Source: Macrostomum lignano
Lineage: Eukaryota
Assembly: GCA_002269645.1 (NCBI GenBank)
Contig: NIVC01000570.1
Location: 186,001-250,000 of the forward strand
DNA: 64,000 nucleotides
Direction: 5' to 3'
Shown: positions 1 through 13,500 of the stretch, piece by piece
Numbering within the stretch: position 1 is the stretch's first letter
Layout: the number at the start of each line of letters is the position of its first letter
Translations under genes and position numbers: made by a program
Notes under the pieces: generated by a model
What the model was told of the DNA's origin: nothing
Databases searched by the model: none
Seen by the model: only the letters and a program-made list of their open reading frames with translations

Positions 1-639
1 ACAAGTGCTAACAAAGTCTATAAACAAAGTCTGTATAATGCAGCAAATTCCAGCTCTATTTCGATGCTCGTTGGCCCAGAAAAAGTTCTCAGACTATTCA
101 TTCTGGGCAGACGAGCAGACTGCTAGTGGACAGCACAAGCGGAGATTGAGTCGCGCGCGTCTACCAATTCTCTCCTAGCATTGGCCTTCACCACTTGATT
201 CAGCTTCTGCTCATCTCCCAGTTGCTTATCGAAGGATGTGGAGGATTTTCCCTCTCTTGCCTCATTCAGGGGCTTTGGCTCCATCGCCCCAGCTTTGCGC
301 TCTGATTAGCTTGTAGTCCCCCCCCCCCGATCTCTCCCGTCTGCACTGCTCCCAAGTGGGCCATTTGCTCCAACGGGGCTGCTGTCTAAATCCCGGCCTT
401 CTTTAGCATTGTTGCAAGAACTGGAAGAATATCTTGCCGGAAGTTCTCAAGTCTGCGAAACAAGCGGGCCCTCCATCCTACTGATGGAGAGTGAAGCTGA
501 GAGGATGGGGCTGGGGTGCTTGTGCAGTAAGAATGCAGGCCACTTGAGCTGGGGGCTGTACTGAACTCCACCGATATGTTCCATCCGATTGTCCTTGTCT
601 CCTCTCCCAGACCTCTCTTTGTCTACTCCCCTATATTCT

Positions 640-1345
640 TCACTCTTCCCCACTCTACTCCCCTGTCCCCCACTCTACTCCCGTCTGTCCCCCACTCTAC
701 TCCCGTCTGTCCCCCACTCTACTCCCCTCTCACCCCACTCTACTCCCCTGTCCCCCACTCTACTCCCCTCTCCCCCCACTCTACTCCCGTGTCCCTCCTC
801 TCTACTCCCGTGTCCCTCCACTCTACTCCCGTGTCCCTCCACTCTACTCCCCTCTCCCCCCAACCTACTCCCCTCTCCCCCCACTCTACTCCCGTGTCCC
901 TCCTCTCTACTCCCCTCTCACCCCACTCTACTCCCCTGTCCCCCACTCTACTCCCCTCTCCCCCCACTCTACTCCCGTGTCCCTCCTCTCTACTCCCGTG
1001 TCCCTCCACTCTACTCCCGTGTCCCTCCACTCTACTCCCCTCTCCCCCCAATCTACTCCCCTCTCCCCCCACTCTACTCCCGTGTCCCTCCTCTCTACTC
1101 TCCTGTTCCCCACTCTACTCCCCTGTTTGCCCCCCCTCTACTCCCATGTCCTCCCACTCTACTCCTTCCCCTGTCCTCCCACTCTACTCCTTCCCCTGTC
1201 CTCCCACTCTACTCCTTCCCCTGTCCTCCCACTCTACTCCTTCCCCTGTCCTCCCACTCTACTCCTTCCCCTGTCCTCCCACTCTACTCCTTCCCCTGTC
1301 CTCCCACTCTACTCCTTCCCATGTCCCCCACTTCTCCCACTCTAC
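640..1345. repeat. CT-rich minisatellite, ~21-bp unit (CCCCACTCTACTCCCCT-like)
   Basis: CACTCTACTCCC recurs throughout. The Pro/Ser/Leu-rich ORFs 576..1493 etc. are translations of the repeat. Boundaries approximate. Confidence 0.9.
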
Positions 1346-2130
1346 TGTACCCGCCCTTCTCTTTTGTCCTCCACACAATCCCACTCCACACACCATATTT
1401 TATGTTCTAAAAATCTCTTATAACATTTTACAAGCTTATCATACTACTATTGTTTCTGTGTCAGGAGAGTACAACGCATATTTTACTTTTTAAAAATCGA
1501 AACTCTATTTCCATTGAAATTCAACGACGCAATAAAGCTTTCAGCCAGAATCAATTAGCAGAATTGTGAAAGTTTTATTACAGACCCAGGGAATGCATTA
1601 GCGATTTCGGAGTTCAGGTGACCATAAATCATAATTATGATCTGCACTGGTTGAATTTCCGAGTCCATTGAGGCCAGTGCTAATTGATTTCATTATCTAA
1701 TAGCACCTTAATGCGCTCTGAGCACAGAAGGCAATTAAAACTCTCGCTTTTATCTTCTCATCGTACTTTTGATAGAAACTGATAAAAATTTCTTACAGAT
1801 TGGCGCAGAAGTTCAGGCCAATAATTAACTATTTAATTAGTGCACACATTAGGCTGACAAATATCTAACATTGAACACAAAAGATACAGAATTGAAAAAA
1901 ATGCGACTTAAGACTTAAAAGTCTTTTTCCTATAGGGTTGATTTCGAGCCAGAGGATATACAAGTTTTGGGTACAGAAGAGTCAGACACTGATCCCTTTA
2001 TCGATTCACAAGACAATTTTTGAGAAGGAAAACACTGCCTCTACATCTACGGTACGTGACTACGACTAATAACCACAAGATTCGAGCTCACGACCTTCGA
2101 GCCTCCGAGCTCCAGCTCTACCTCATTCAT

Positions 2131-2312
2131 CTGCCTTCTCTCCCTCACTCTTCTGCCCTCTCTCCCTCACTCTTCTGCCCTCTCACTCACTCTTCTGCCC
2201 TCTCTCCCTCACTCTTCTACCTTCTCTCCCTCACTCTTCTGCCCTCTCTCCCTCACTCTTCTGCCCTCTCTCCCTCACTCTTCTACCTTCTCTCCCTCAC
2301 ACTTCTGCCCTC
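2131..2312. repeat. 22-bp CT-rich minisatellite (CTCTCCCTCACTCTTCTGCCCT), same family as 10962-12150
   Basis: About 8 tandem units, with the same unit as the array in the NPY intron. Confidence 0.9.
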
Positions 2313-2395
2313 GTTTATTCTTCACGCAGATAGAACATTGTAAAACAAGTTTAAGCATCTCCTGGATCAATTTCGATTAGACTCGAACTCGCGAC

Positions 2396-2961
2396 CTTTT
2401 CAACTGACGCCACTTTGGCCAGCTTGGCCGGCTGTCCCGGCCACGTTTTCGGCCGCTTCCTGGCCACCTTGGCGAAGTCGCCGCAGGAGGCGGCGGCGCT
2501 GTCGGAGCCGAACACTCGACAGCAAGTCGGAGAAGCTGCTGCCGCGGCCGCTGCGAAGTGAAGCAGCAACGGAGGTGGTGGCAGCGGTGGCGGAGGCAGC
2601 GGCGCTGGCAGGAGGCGGGGAGGCGCCGGTGTCGGCGACAGGAGCGGCGGTGGCGGCAGCGGCGCCTGCGCTTGGTGCACTGAAGACGTCGTCCATCTGG
2701 CGGCGCCGCAGTCAACTTCAAGCGAGGCGCACAGCGGTGTCAGGAGCGAAGGTCGGAATGTCAGGGCCGAGGGCTGCTGCTGCGCTTTCGGCGGTCGCCC
2801 ACCTGCGGCTCTGGCGGCGGATGCGGAGGGCCGCGGCGAGGCGAACGGATTTCGTTGGCGCGCCAACGCCGGCGACGGAGACGCCTTGAGGCTGCGGAAG
2901 CGGAGTAGGGGATCGGTGGGATCTCAGCAGCTGGTCTGACCGGCCCGTGCATATAAGGGAA
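2396..2961 (-). other. GC/CpG-rich segment, possibly a Pro/Ala-rich exon of an unidentified gene
   Basis: On - there is a pyrimidine tract plus CAG acceptor before 2961 and a weak GT at 2395. The frame reading ...LPPPPLLLHFAAAAAAASP...KVARKRPK... is open for most of it. No single frame is open across the whole segment, and I recognise no domain. Confidence 0.25.
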
Positions 2962-2992
2962 CTGAAGGGTTGAAGTGGGAGGCAAGAGAACG

Positions 2993-5494
2993 GTGAGATG
3001 ACAGTGAGATGACAGTGAGATGACAGTGAGATGACAGTGAGATGATGACAGTGAGATGACAGTGAGATGATGACAGTGAGATGACAGTCAGATGATGACA
3101 GTGAGATGACGACAACTGAGATGACAGTGAGATGATGACAGTGAGATGACAGTCAGATGATGACAGTGAGATGACGACAAGTGAGATGACAGTGAGATGA
3201 TGACAGTGAGATGACAGTCAGATGATGACAGTGAGATGACAGTGAGATGATGACAGTGAGATGACGACAAGTGAGATGACAGTGAGATGACAGTCAGATG
3301 ATGACAGTGAGATGACAGTGAGATGATGACAGTGAGATGACGACAAGTGAGATGACAGTGAGATGATGACAGTGAGATGACGACAGTGAGATGACAGTGA
3401 GATGATGACAGTGAGATGACGACAAGTGAGATGACAGTGAGATGATGACAGTGAGATGACGACAGTGAGATGACAGTCAGATGATGACAGTGAGATGATG
3501 ACAGTGAGATAACAGTGAGATAACAGTGAGATGACAGTGAGATGACAGTGAGATGACAGTGAGATAACAGTGAGATAACAGTGAGATGACAATGAGATGA
3601 CAGTGAGATGACAGTGAGATGACAGTGAGATGACAGTGGGATGACAGTGAGATGACAGTGGGATGACAGTGAGATGACAGTGAGATGACAGTGAGATGAC
3701 ACTGAGATGACACTGAGATGACATTGAGATAACACTGAGATGACAATGAGATGACAGTGAGATAACAGTGAGATAACTGTGACATGACAGTGAGATAATG
3801 ACAGTGAGATGACAGTGAGATGACAGTGAGATGACAGTGAGATGACAGTGAGATAACAGTGGGATGACAGTGAGATGACAGTGAGATGACAGTGGGATGA
3901 CAGTGAGATGACAGTGAGATAACAGTGAGATAACAGTGAGATGACAGTGAGATGACAGTGAGATAACAGTGAGATAACAGTGAGATGACAGTGAGATAAC
4001 AGTGAGATAACAGTGAGATAATGACAGTGAGATGACAGTGAGATGACAGTGAGATGACAGTGGGATGACAGTGAGATGACAGTGGGATGACAGTGAGATG
4101 ACAGTGAGATGACAGTCAGATGATGACAGTGAGATGATGACAGTGAGATAACAGTGGGATGACAGTGAGATGACAGTGGGATGACAGTGAGATGACAGTG
4201 AGATGACAGTGAGATGACACTGAGATGACACTGAGATGACATTGAGATAACACTGAGATGACAATGAGATGACAGTGAGATAACAGTGAGATAACTGTGA
4301 CATGACAGTGAGATAATGACAGTGAGATGACAGTGAGATGACAGTGAGATGACAGTGAGATGACAGTGAGATAACAGTGGGATGACAGTGAGATGACAGT
4401 GAGATGACAGTGGGATGACAGTGAGATGACAGTGAGATAACAGTGAGATAACAGTGAGATGACAGTGAGATGACAGTGAGATAACAGTGAGATAACAGTG
4501 AGATGACAGTGAGATAACAGTGAGATAACAGTGAGATAATGACAGTGAGATGACAGTGAGATGACAGTGAGATGACAGTGGGATGACAGTGAGATGACAG
4601 TGAGATGACAGTGGGATGACAGTGAGATGACAGTGGGATGACAGTGAGATGACAGTGAGATAACAGTGAGATAACAGTGAGATGACAGTGAGATGACAGT
4701 GGGATGACAGTGAGATGACAGTGAGATAACAGTGAGATAACAGTGAGATGACAGTGAGATGACAGTGAGATAACAGTGAGATAACAGTGAGATGACAGTG
4801 AGATAACAGTGAGATAACAGTGAGATAATGACAGTGAGATGACAGTGAGATGACAGTGAGATGACAGTGGGATGACAGTGAGATGACAGTGGGATGACAG
4901 TGAGATGACAGTGAGATAACAGTGAGATAACAGTGAGATGACAGTGAGATGACAGTGGGATGACAGTGAGATGACAGTGAGATAACAGTGAGATAACAGT
5001 GAGATGACAGTGAGATGACAGTGAGATGACAGTGAGATAACAGTGAGATAACAGTGAGATGACAGTGAGATAACAGTGAGATAACAGTGAGATAATGACA
5101 GTGAGATGACAGTGAGATGACAGTGAGATGACAGTGGGATGACAGTGAGATGACAGTGAGATAACAGTGAGATAACAGTGAGATGACAGTGAGATGACAG
5201 TGGGATGACAGTGAGATGACACTGAGATGACACTGAGATGACAGTGAGATAACACTGAGATGACAATGAGATGACAGTGAGATAACAGTGAGATAACTGT
5301 GACATGACAGTGAGATAATGACAGTGAGATGACAGTGAGATGACAGTGAGATGACAGTGAGATGACAGTGAGATAACAGTGGGATGACAGTGAGATGACA
5401 GTGAGATAACAGTGAGATGACAGTGAGATGACAGTGAGATAACAGTGAGATAACAGTGAGATGACAGTGAGATAACAGTGAGATAACAGTGAGA
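2993..5494. repeat. 11-bp minisatellite (GAGATGACAGT) with variant units and higher-order blocks
   Basis: About 2.5 kb of GAGATGACAGT, GAGATAACAGT, GGGATGACAGT and GAGATGATGACAGT units. It explains the SHCHLTVISL ORFs. Confidence 0.95.
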
Positions 5495-6138
5495 TTCAGA
5501 AAATGGAACTGAATTAGAATTTGACAAATACAAGCAAGAATTAGTTACTTAAACAGATTAAAGAAAAATTTTTACCTAAGCCACGACCTGCCTCGACTGT
5601 CTCTGTATGTGCCCACGCTGAATTGGGACATTGCTGAATGGCAAGGACTGGCCGAGGTCAGTGTAATAGCAGTTGTGGGGTTAACAGTGGGGTCGCGGGT
5701 CCGCTGTACTGTCTGCCCAGCTTTTTATCTGTGCGGCAGTGCACTGTGGCGAGAGAGCGGTGGGGGAAGAGAGGGGGGCAGAGGCAGCAGAAACCGGTTC
5801 GGGCTGGTCCGCTCTGCACTTCTCTGCAGAAAAACAGTAAACTGCGCTCTAGAGCTGACAGTTAGTTTCAAATACCTTGCAGCCGGCTAAAATAGAGAGA
5901 TAAAAATTAAAAGAAAAGTATAGAAAAGAAAAGAAAACTATAACAACTTCTGTGTCTGTTGCAATGCATATTGGGCCGAAGTAGTCAGGAGAATTTATGC
6001 ATTTGGCTATTAAAGATAATATTACAATATAAAAACAGAAACTTGCAGGAAAACTGCTTTTCAAAACCGGTTAGATTTAAACCATAAAACATCTGTTTTG
6101 CAATTTCAGATTGTAGATAAGAAATAACTATTTTAAGT

Positions 6139-7268
6139 GAGAAATTCCCCTCAATCAGGTGATAAATCGCATAAGAGAGCAGGAGAAATTCCCCTCAATC
6201 AGGTGATAAATCTCACAGGAGAGAAGGAGAAATTCCCCCCAATCAGGTGACAAATCTCACAGGAGAGGAGAATTCCCCCCAATCAGGTGACAAATCTCAC
6301 AGGAGAGGAGAATTCCCCACAATCAGGTGACAAATCTCACAGGAGAGAAGGAGAAATTCCCCACAATCAGGTGACAAATCTCACAGGAGAGAAGGAGAAA
6401 TTCCCCTCAATCAGGTGACAAATCTCACAGGAGAGGAGGAGAAATTCCCCTCAATCAGGTGACAAATCTCACAGGAGAGGAGGAGAAATTCCCCTCAATC
6501 AGGTGACAAATCTCACAGGAGAGAAGGAGAAATTCCCCACGATCAGGTGATAAATCTCACAGGAGAGAAGGAGAAATTCCCCACAATCAGGTGATAAATC
6601 TCACAGGAGAGAAGGAGAAATTCCCCACAATCAGGTGATAAATCTCACAGGAGAGAAGGAGAAATTCCCCTCAATCAGGTGATAAATCTCGCAGGAGAGA
6701 AGGAGAAATTACCCACAATCAGGTGATAAATCTCACAGGAGAGAAGGAGAATTCCCCTCTGATCAGGTGATAAATCGCATAGTGGAGAAGGAGAAATTCC
6801 CCTCAATCAGGTGATAAATCTCACAGGAGAGAAGGAGAAATTCCCCTCAATCAGGTGATAAATCTCACAGGAGAGAAGGAGAAATTCCCCTCAATCAGGT
6901 GATAAATCTCACTGGAGAGAAGGAGAAATTCCCCACAATCAGGTGACAAATCTCACAGGAGAGAAGGAGAAATTCCCCTCAATCAGGTGATAAATCTCAC
7001 AGGAGAGAAGGAGAAATTCCCCTCAATCAGGTGATAAATCTCACTGGAGAGAAGGAGAAATTCCCCACAATCAGGTGACAAATCTCACAGGAGAGAAGGA
7101 GAAATTCCCCTCAATCAGGTGATAAATCTCACAGGAGAGAAGGAGAAATTCCCCTCAATCAGGTGATAAATCTCACTGGAGAGAAGGAGAATTCCCCTCT
7201 GATCAGGTGATAAATCGCATAGTGGAGAAGGAGAAATTCCCCTCAATCAGATGATAAATCGCATAGAA
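6139..7268. repeat. 44-bp minisatellite (GGAGAAATTCCCCTCAATCAGGTGATAAATCTCACAGGAGAGAA)
   Basis: Period 44 (e.g. GGAGAAA at 6790 and 6834); about 25 units. Confidence 0.95.
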
Positions 7269-7557
7269 GAGACCCAAAGATTACACAAGCCGCTTCAGTC
7301 CCAGCCAAGTTCACCGCGACTACTGCAGGCGCACATGCGGAATTTCATTGGCAGCAAAGCTTGTTTGTGAAGATTATTTTATTATTAGCAGCTCTTGAAC
7401 TCTTGTACAAGCCATAGCTGAGCTATAAACCGGCCTCTTTACCAGTTTGCAAGTGCACTGTGTGCCGCTTTGCCTGTCTACTGCAGCACAGCGAGTTTTT
7501 TTATAGCAGCAGGTGGGCGTTAAATGAAATATATGACAAAAACGGGTCTATTCTGCG

Positions 7558-9532
7558 TTTATCCAACTGCCATTGTAGCTAATGAACTGCAGTTTATCTA
7601 ACTGCCATTGTAGCTAATGAACTGCAGTTTATCCAACTGCCATTGTAGCTAATGAACTGCAGTTTATCCAACTGCCATTGTAGCTAATGAACTGCAGTTT
7701 ATCCAACTGCCATTGTAGCTAATGAACTGCAGTTTATCCAACTGCCATTGTAGCTAATGAACTGCAGTTTATCCAACTGCCATTGTAGCTAATGAACTGC
7801 AGTTTATCTAACTGCCATTGTAGCTAATGAACTGCAGTTTATCCAACTGCCATTGTAGCTAATGAACTGCAGTTTATCCAACTGCCATTGTAGCTAATGA
7901 ACTGCAGTTTATCCAACTGCCATTGTAGCTAATGAACTGCAGTTTATCCAACTGCCATTGTAGCTAATGAACTGCAGTTTATCCAACTGCCATTGTAGCT
8001 AATGAACTGCAGTTTATCCAACTGCCATTGTAGCTAATGAACTGCAGTTTATCCAACTGCCATTGTAGCTAATGAACTGCAGTTTATCCAACTGCCATTG
8101 TAGCTAATGAACTGCAGTTTATCCAACTGCCATTGTAGCTAATGAACTGCAGTTTATCCAACTGCCATTGTAGCTAATGAACTGCAGTTTATCTAACTGC
8201 CATTGTAGCTAATGAACTGCAGTTTATCCAACTGCCATTGTAGCTAATGAACTGCAGTTTATCCAACTGCCATTGTAGCTAATGAACTGCAGTTTATCCA
8301 ACTGCCATTGTAGCTAATGAACTGCAGTTTATCCAACTGCCATTGTAGCTAATGAACTGCAGTTTATCCAACTGCCATTGTAGCTAATGAACTGCAGTTT
8401 ATCCAACTGCCATTGTAGCTAATGAACTGCAGTTTATCCAACTGCCATTGTAGCTAATGAACTGCAGTTTATCTAACTGCCATTGTAGCTAATGAACTGC
8501 AGTTTATCCAACTGCCATAATTGTAGCTAATGAGCTGCAGTTTATCCAACTGCCATTGTAGCTAATGAACTGCAGTTTATCCAACTGCCATTGTAGCTAA
8601 TGAACTGCAGTTTATCCAACTGCCATTGTAGCTAATGAACTGCAGTTTATCCAACTGCCATTGTAGCTAATGAACTGCAGTTTATCCAACTGCCATTGTA
8701 GCTAATGAACTGCAGTTTATCCAACTGCCATTGTAGCTAATGAACTGCAGTTTATCCAACTGCCATTGTAGCTAATGAACTGCAGTTTATCCAACTGCCA
8801 TTGTAGCTAATGAACTGCAGTTTATCCAACTGCCATTGTAGCTAATGAACTGCAGTTTATCCAACTGCCATTGTAGCTAATGAACTGCAGTTTATCCAAC
8901 TGCCATTGTAGCTAATGAACTGCAGTTTATCCAACTGCCATTGTAGCTAATGAACTGCAGTTTATCCAACTGCCATTGTAGCTAATGAACTGCAGTTTAT
9001 CTAACTGCCATTGTAGCTAATGAACTGCAGTTTATCCAACTGCCATAATTGTAGCTAATGAACTGCAGTTTATCCAACTGCCATTGTAGCTAATGAACTG
9101 CAGTTTATCCAACTGCCATTGTAGCTAATGAACTGCAGTTTATCCAACTGCCATTGTAGCTAATGAACTGCAGTTTATCCAACTGCCATAATTGTAGCTA
9201 ATGAACTGCAGTTTATCCAACTGCCATTGTAGCTAATGAACTGCAGTTTATCCAACTGCCATTGTAGCTAATGAACTGCAGTTTATCCAACTGCCATTGT
9301 AGCTAATGAACTGCAGTTTATCTAACTGCCATTGTAGCTAATGAACTGCAGTTTATCCAACTGCCATAATTGTAGCTAATGAGCTGCAGTTTATCCAACT
9401 GCCATTGTAGCTAATGAACTGCAGTTTATCCAACTGCCATTGTAGCTAATGAACTGCAGTTTATCCAACTGCCATAATTGTAGCTAATGAGCTGCAGTTT
9501 ATCTAACTGCCATTGTAGCTAATGAACTGCAG
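7558..9532. repeat. Highly homogeneous 35-bp minisatellite (TTTATCCAACTGCCATTGTAGCTAATGAACTGCAG)
   Basis: About 56 near-identical units. Recurrent variants are C>T (ATCTAACT) and a 3-bp insertion (CCATAATTG). Confidence 0.97.
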
Positions 9533-9925
9533 TATAGGGAATTATCAGGCGAAACGAGGATTAAATAAATGCATCATTGTCAAGCAGCACTGGTTTCAAT
9601 GAGCCAAGGATACGCCCGCTTCAAGGCGTGACTCTGTCGTTGTGACATAAAATCTGCCTTTGAGTCTTGTTCTTTTAACACCCGCCGCCTCTGTAGCACC
9701 GCTGAGCGGGGCATATGGGATTCCTTTTCCATCCGCAAAAGAGATGGGATCTAAAATCCCGACAATTTTCGCAGAAAGCGGCTTAAAAATAATTATCGAT
9801 GAATAATCTCAGAGAGGCCTAATCCCCCTTCTATTCCCCAGCAGCCATTTTTTTGTTGCCTCCTAATTGGACAAAATCTGCGCGGAAATGGGAAATAAGC
9901 AGAGTGGCTGCTCCCATTAGTGGAC

Positions 9926-9999
9926 TATAAATGGTGACAGGTTGGGCGCTTTGAATGCCAGATCTGACCATCAGCTCTGCAAGACAGGCGACCCGATTA
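9926..9999 (+). promoter_or_regulatory. Candidate TATA box and non-coding first exon of the NPY/NPF gene
   Basis: TATAAA at 9926-9931, a GTAAGT donor at 10000-10005, and a TTTGCAG acceptor ending 10548 just upstream of the ATG exon. Confidence 0.45.
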
Positions 10000-10049
10000 G
10001 TAAGTTTGACTTCTCATGGTTCAGTGTGGAAAGATTCAGATCAGAAACC

Positions 10050-10425
10050 CGCCTCGTAAGATTCTTAAGCAGTCTGACAGGACTCTTGAGCAGCCTGACA
10101 AGATTCTTGATCAATCCTGACAAGATTCTTAAGCAGTCTGACAGGATTCTTGAGCAGCCTGACAAGATTCTTGATCAATCCTGACAAGATTCTTAAGCAG
10201 TCTGACAGGATTCTTGAACAATCCTGACAAGATTTTTGAGCAGTCTGACAAGATTCTTAAGCAGTCTGACAGGATTCTTGAACAATCCTGACAAGATTTT
10301 TGAGCAGTCTGACAAGATTCTTGAGCAGTCTGACAAGATTATTGAGCAGTCTGACAAGAGCAGTCTGATAGGATTCTTGTGCAGTCTGACAGGATTCAAA
10401 GACATTTGAGCAGTCTGACAAGATC
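10050..10425. repeat. ~21-bp minisatellite (GACAAGATTCTTGAGCAGTCT-like)
   Basis: Tandem CTGACAAGATTCTT/CTGACAGGATTCTT units, lying in the putative 5'-UTR intron of the NPY/NPF gene. Confidence 0.85.
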
Positions 10426-10597
10426 CCCTAGCAGTGTCACAGGCTTCCTTAATTAGTCCTAGATGACTGAGTCGGTCTATCAGGACACTGAGGCCACAGT
10501 CCAGTCCACATAAGCATTCTTATCAAACCGAAACCTCACCATTTGCAGACTAACCTTGGAAAGCCAAGCCTTCTTGATCACTCCAAACAGCCAAGCG

Positions 10598-13500
10598 ATG
10601 TACTGTAAGTGCAAACTTCTGACTCTGCTGCTTCTGTGCTTCAATGCCAGCTAATTTAACTGAACCCAACTCTAACCCGACTCAGACTACCCGCTGCTCA
10701 TCAGCCTGCTGCTCCTGGCCTCGGCAGCTGCCAGCGGGTCACCCGATCAGGAGCAGCGCAGGCCACCCCTGACGGCCTCCAGGCGCTCGCCGTACGGCCG
10801 AGACGGCCTCGATTCGCTGAAAGAGAGTCTCGTAACAATAGGAATCCTGCTGCCCGGCGCCAGCGATGACGAGATGCTCAGGCAGTTCAGGGCGTACCTG
10901 GGCATGATCGGCAAGCCCAGGTATGGGCAAACAGCTCAGTACTGCACCCCCTGTCTGCACAGCACTCTTCTGCCCTCTCTCCCTCACACTTCTGCCCTCT
11001 CCCTCACTCTTCTGCCCTCTCTCCCTCACTCTTCTGCCCTCTCTCCCTCACTCTTCTGCCCTCTCTCCCTCACTCTTCTGCCCTCTCTCCCTCACTCTTC
11101 TGCCCTCTCTCCCTCACACTTCTGCCCTCTCCCTCACTCTTCTGCCCTCTCTCCCTCACTCTTCTGCCCTCTCTCCCTCACTCTTCTGCCCTCTCTCCCT
11201 CACTCTTCTGCCCTCTCTCCCTCACTCTTCTGCCCTCTCTCCCTCACTCTTCTGCCCTCTCTCCCTCACTCTTCTGCCCTCTCTCCCTCACTCTTCTGCC
11301 CTCTCTCCCTCACTCTTCTACCTTCTCTCCCTCACTCTTCTGCCCTCTCTCCCTCACTCTTCTGCCCTCTCTCCCTCACTCTTCTGCCCTCTCTCCCTCA
11401 CTCTTCTGCCCTCTCTCCCTCACTCTTCTACCCTCTCTCCCTCACTCTTCTGCCCTCTCTCCCTCACTCTTCTACCCTCTCTCCCTCACTCTTCTACCCT
11501 CTCTCCCTCACTCTTCTGCCCTCTCTCCCTCACTCTTCTGCCCTCTCTCCCTCACTCTTCTGCCCTCTCTCCCTCAATCTTCTGCCCTCTCTCCCTCACT
11601 CTTCTGCCCTCTCTCCCTCACTCTTCTACCCTCTCTCCCTCACTCTTCTGTCCTCTCTCCCTCACTCTTCTGCCCTCTCTCCCTCACTCTTCTGCCCTCT
11701 CTCCCTCACTCTTCTGCCCTCTCTCCCTCACTCTTCTACCCTCTCTCCCTCACTCTTCTACCCTCTCTCCCTCACTCTTCTGCCCTCTCTCCCTCACTCT
11801 TCTGCCCTCTCTCCCTCACTCTTCTGCCCTCTCTCCCTCACTCTTCTGCCCTCTCTCCCTCACTCTTCTGCCCTCTCTCCCTCACTCTTCTGCCCTCTCT
11901 CCCTCACTCTTCTGCCCTCTCTCCCTCACTCTTCTACCCTCTCTCCCTCACTCTTCTACCCTCTCTCCCTCACTCTTCTGCCCTCTCTCCCTCACTCTTC
12001 TGCCCTCTCTCCCTCACTCTTCTACCCTCTCTCCCTCACTCTTCTGCCCTCTCTCCCTCACTCTTATGCCCTCTCTCCCTTACTCTTCTGCCCTCTCTCC
12101 CTCACTCTTCTACCCTCTCTCCCTCACTCTTCTGCCCTCTCTCCCTCACCCTTTCCCATCCTCTTCCTAAATTTCTTCTGCACTCTAACAGCTTTCCCTC
12201 AAAAATTCATAAATGGATGAAGCACCGTGATTAGTGAGCCTGTGAATCTTAGCCAGTTATGAATTATTTTCTACAGTGTAAGGCAACAGTTTTACTTTTC
12301 AACTTTTCAAAGCTACGAGTGTAAATCGAAGCCATTTCCAGTGCGCTAAGTGGCCCCAGGAAGCCTTAGCCGAGAATACAAATTGAACTTGGTGGGTTCG
12401 AGGCTTCCCAAAATGAAGTGGAAATCAGGCTTGCTCAGACAGGCTTCTCAATAGCTGGTCCTTGATTGGTTAATGATGCCCCTGAGAGAGCTTATCTGCT
12501 TATTACGCCAAAGAACAAAGCACCCAAACCCAATGAAATAGCACCCAAATCCAATGAAATGGCACCCAACTCCAATGAAATGGCGCTTAAACCCAATGAA
12601 ATGGCACCCTAACCCAATGAAATGGCACCCAAACCCAATGAAATGGCACCCAAACCCAATGAAATGGCACCCAAACCCAATGAAATGGCACCCAACTTCA
12701 ATGAAATGGTGCTTAAACCCAATAAAATGGCGCCCAAACCCAATGAAATGGCACCCAAACCCAATGAAATAGCACCCAAATCCAATGAAATAGCACCCAA
12801 ATCCAATGAAATGGCACCCAACTCCAATGAAATGGCGCTTAAACCCAATGAAATGACACCCAAACCCAATGAAATGGCACCCAAACCCAATGAAATGGCA
12901 CCCAAACCCAATGAAATGGCACCCAAATCCAATGAAATGGCACCCAAATCCAATGAAATGGCACCCAAATCCAATGAAATGGCACCCAACTCCAATGAAA
13001 TGGCGCTTAAACCCAATGAAATGGCACCCAAACCCAATGAAATGGCACCCAAATCCAATGAAATAGCACCCAAATCCAATGAAATGGCACCCAAATCCAA
13101 TGAAATGACACCCAAATCCAATGAAATGGCACCCTAACCCAATGAAATGGCACCCAAACCCAATGAAATGGCACCCAAACCCAATGAAATGGCACCCAAA
13201 CCCAATGAAATGGCACCCAAACCCAATGAAATGGCACCCAAACCCAATGAAATGGCGCCCAAACCCAATGAAATGGCGCTTAAACCCAATGAAATGGCAC
13301 CCAAACCCAATGAAATGGCACCCAAATCCAATGAAATAGCACCCAAATCCAATGAAATGGCACCCAACTCCAATGAAATGGCACCCAAATCCAATGAAAT
13401 GACACCCAAATCCAATGAAATGGCGCCCAAACCCAATGAACTGGCACCCAAACCCAATGAAATGGCGCCCAAACCCAATGAAATGGCACCCAAACCCAAT

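Noticed and set aside
100-575. Coding exon at the window start (minus frame ...MEPKPLNEAREGK...)
   Set aside because: The frame is interrupted by TAA, there is no recognisable domain, and splice partners are unclear.
3088-5533. Long Cys/His-rich ORFs (up to 771 aa) suggesting a metal-binding protein
   Set aside because: They are translations of the 11-bp minisatellite, open in several frames at once, with no unique coding flanks.
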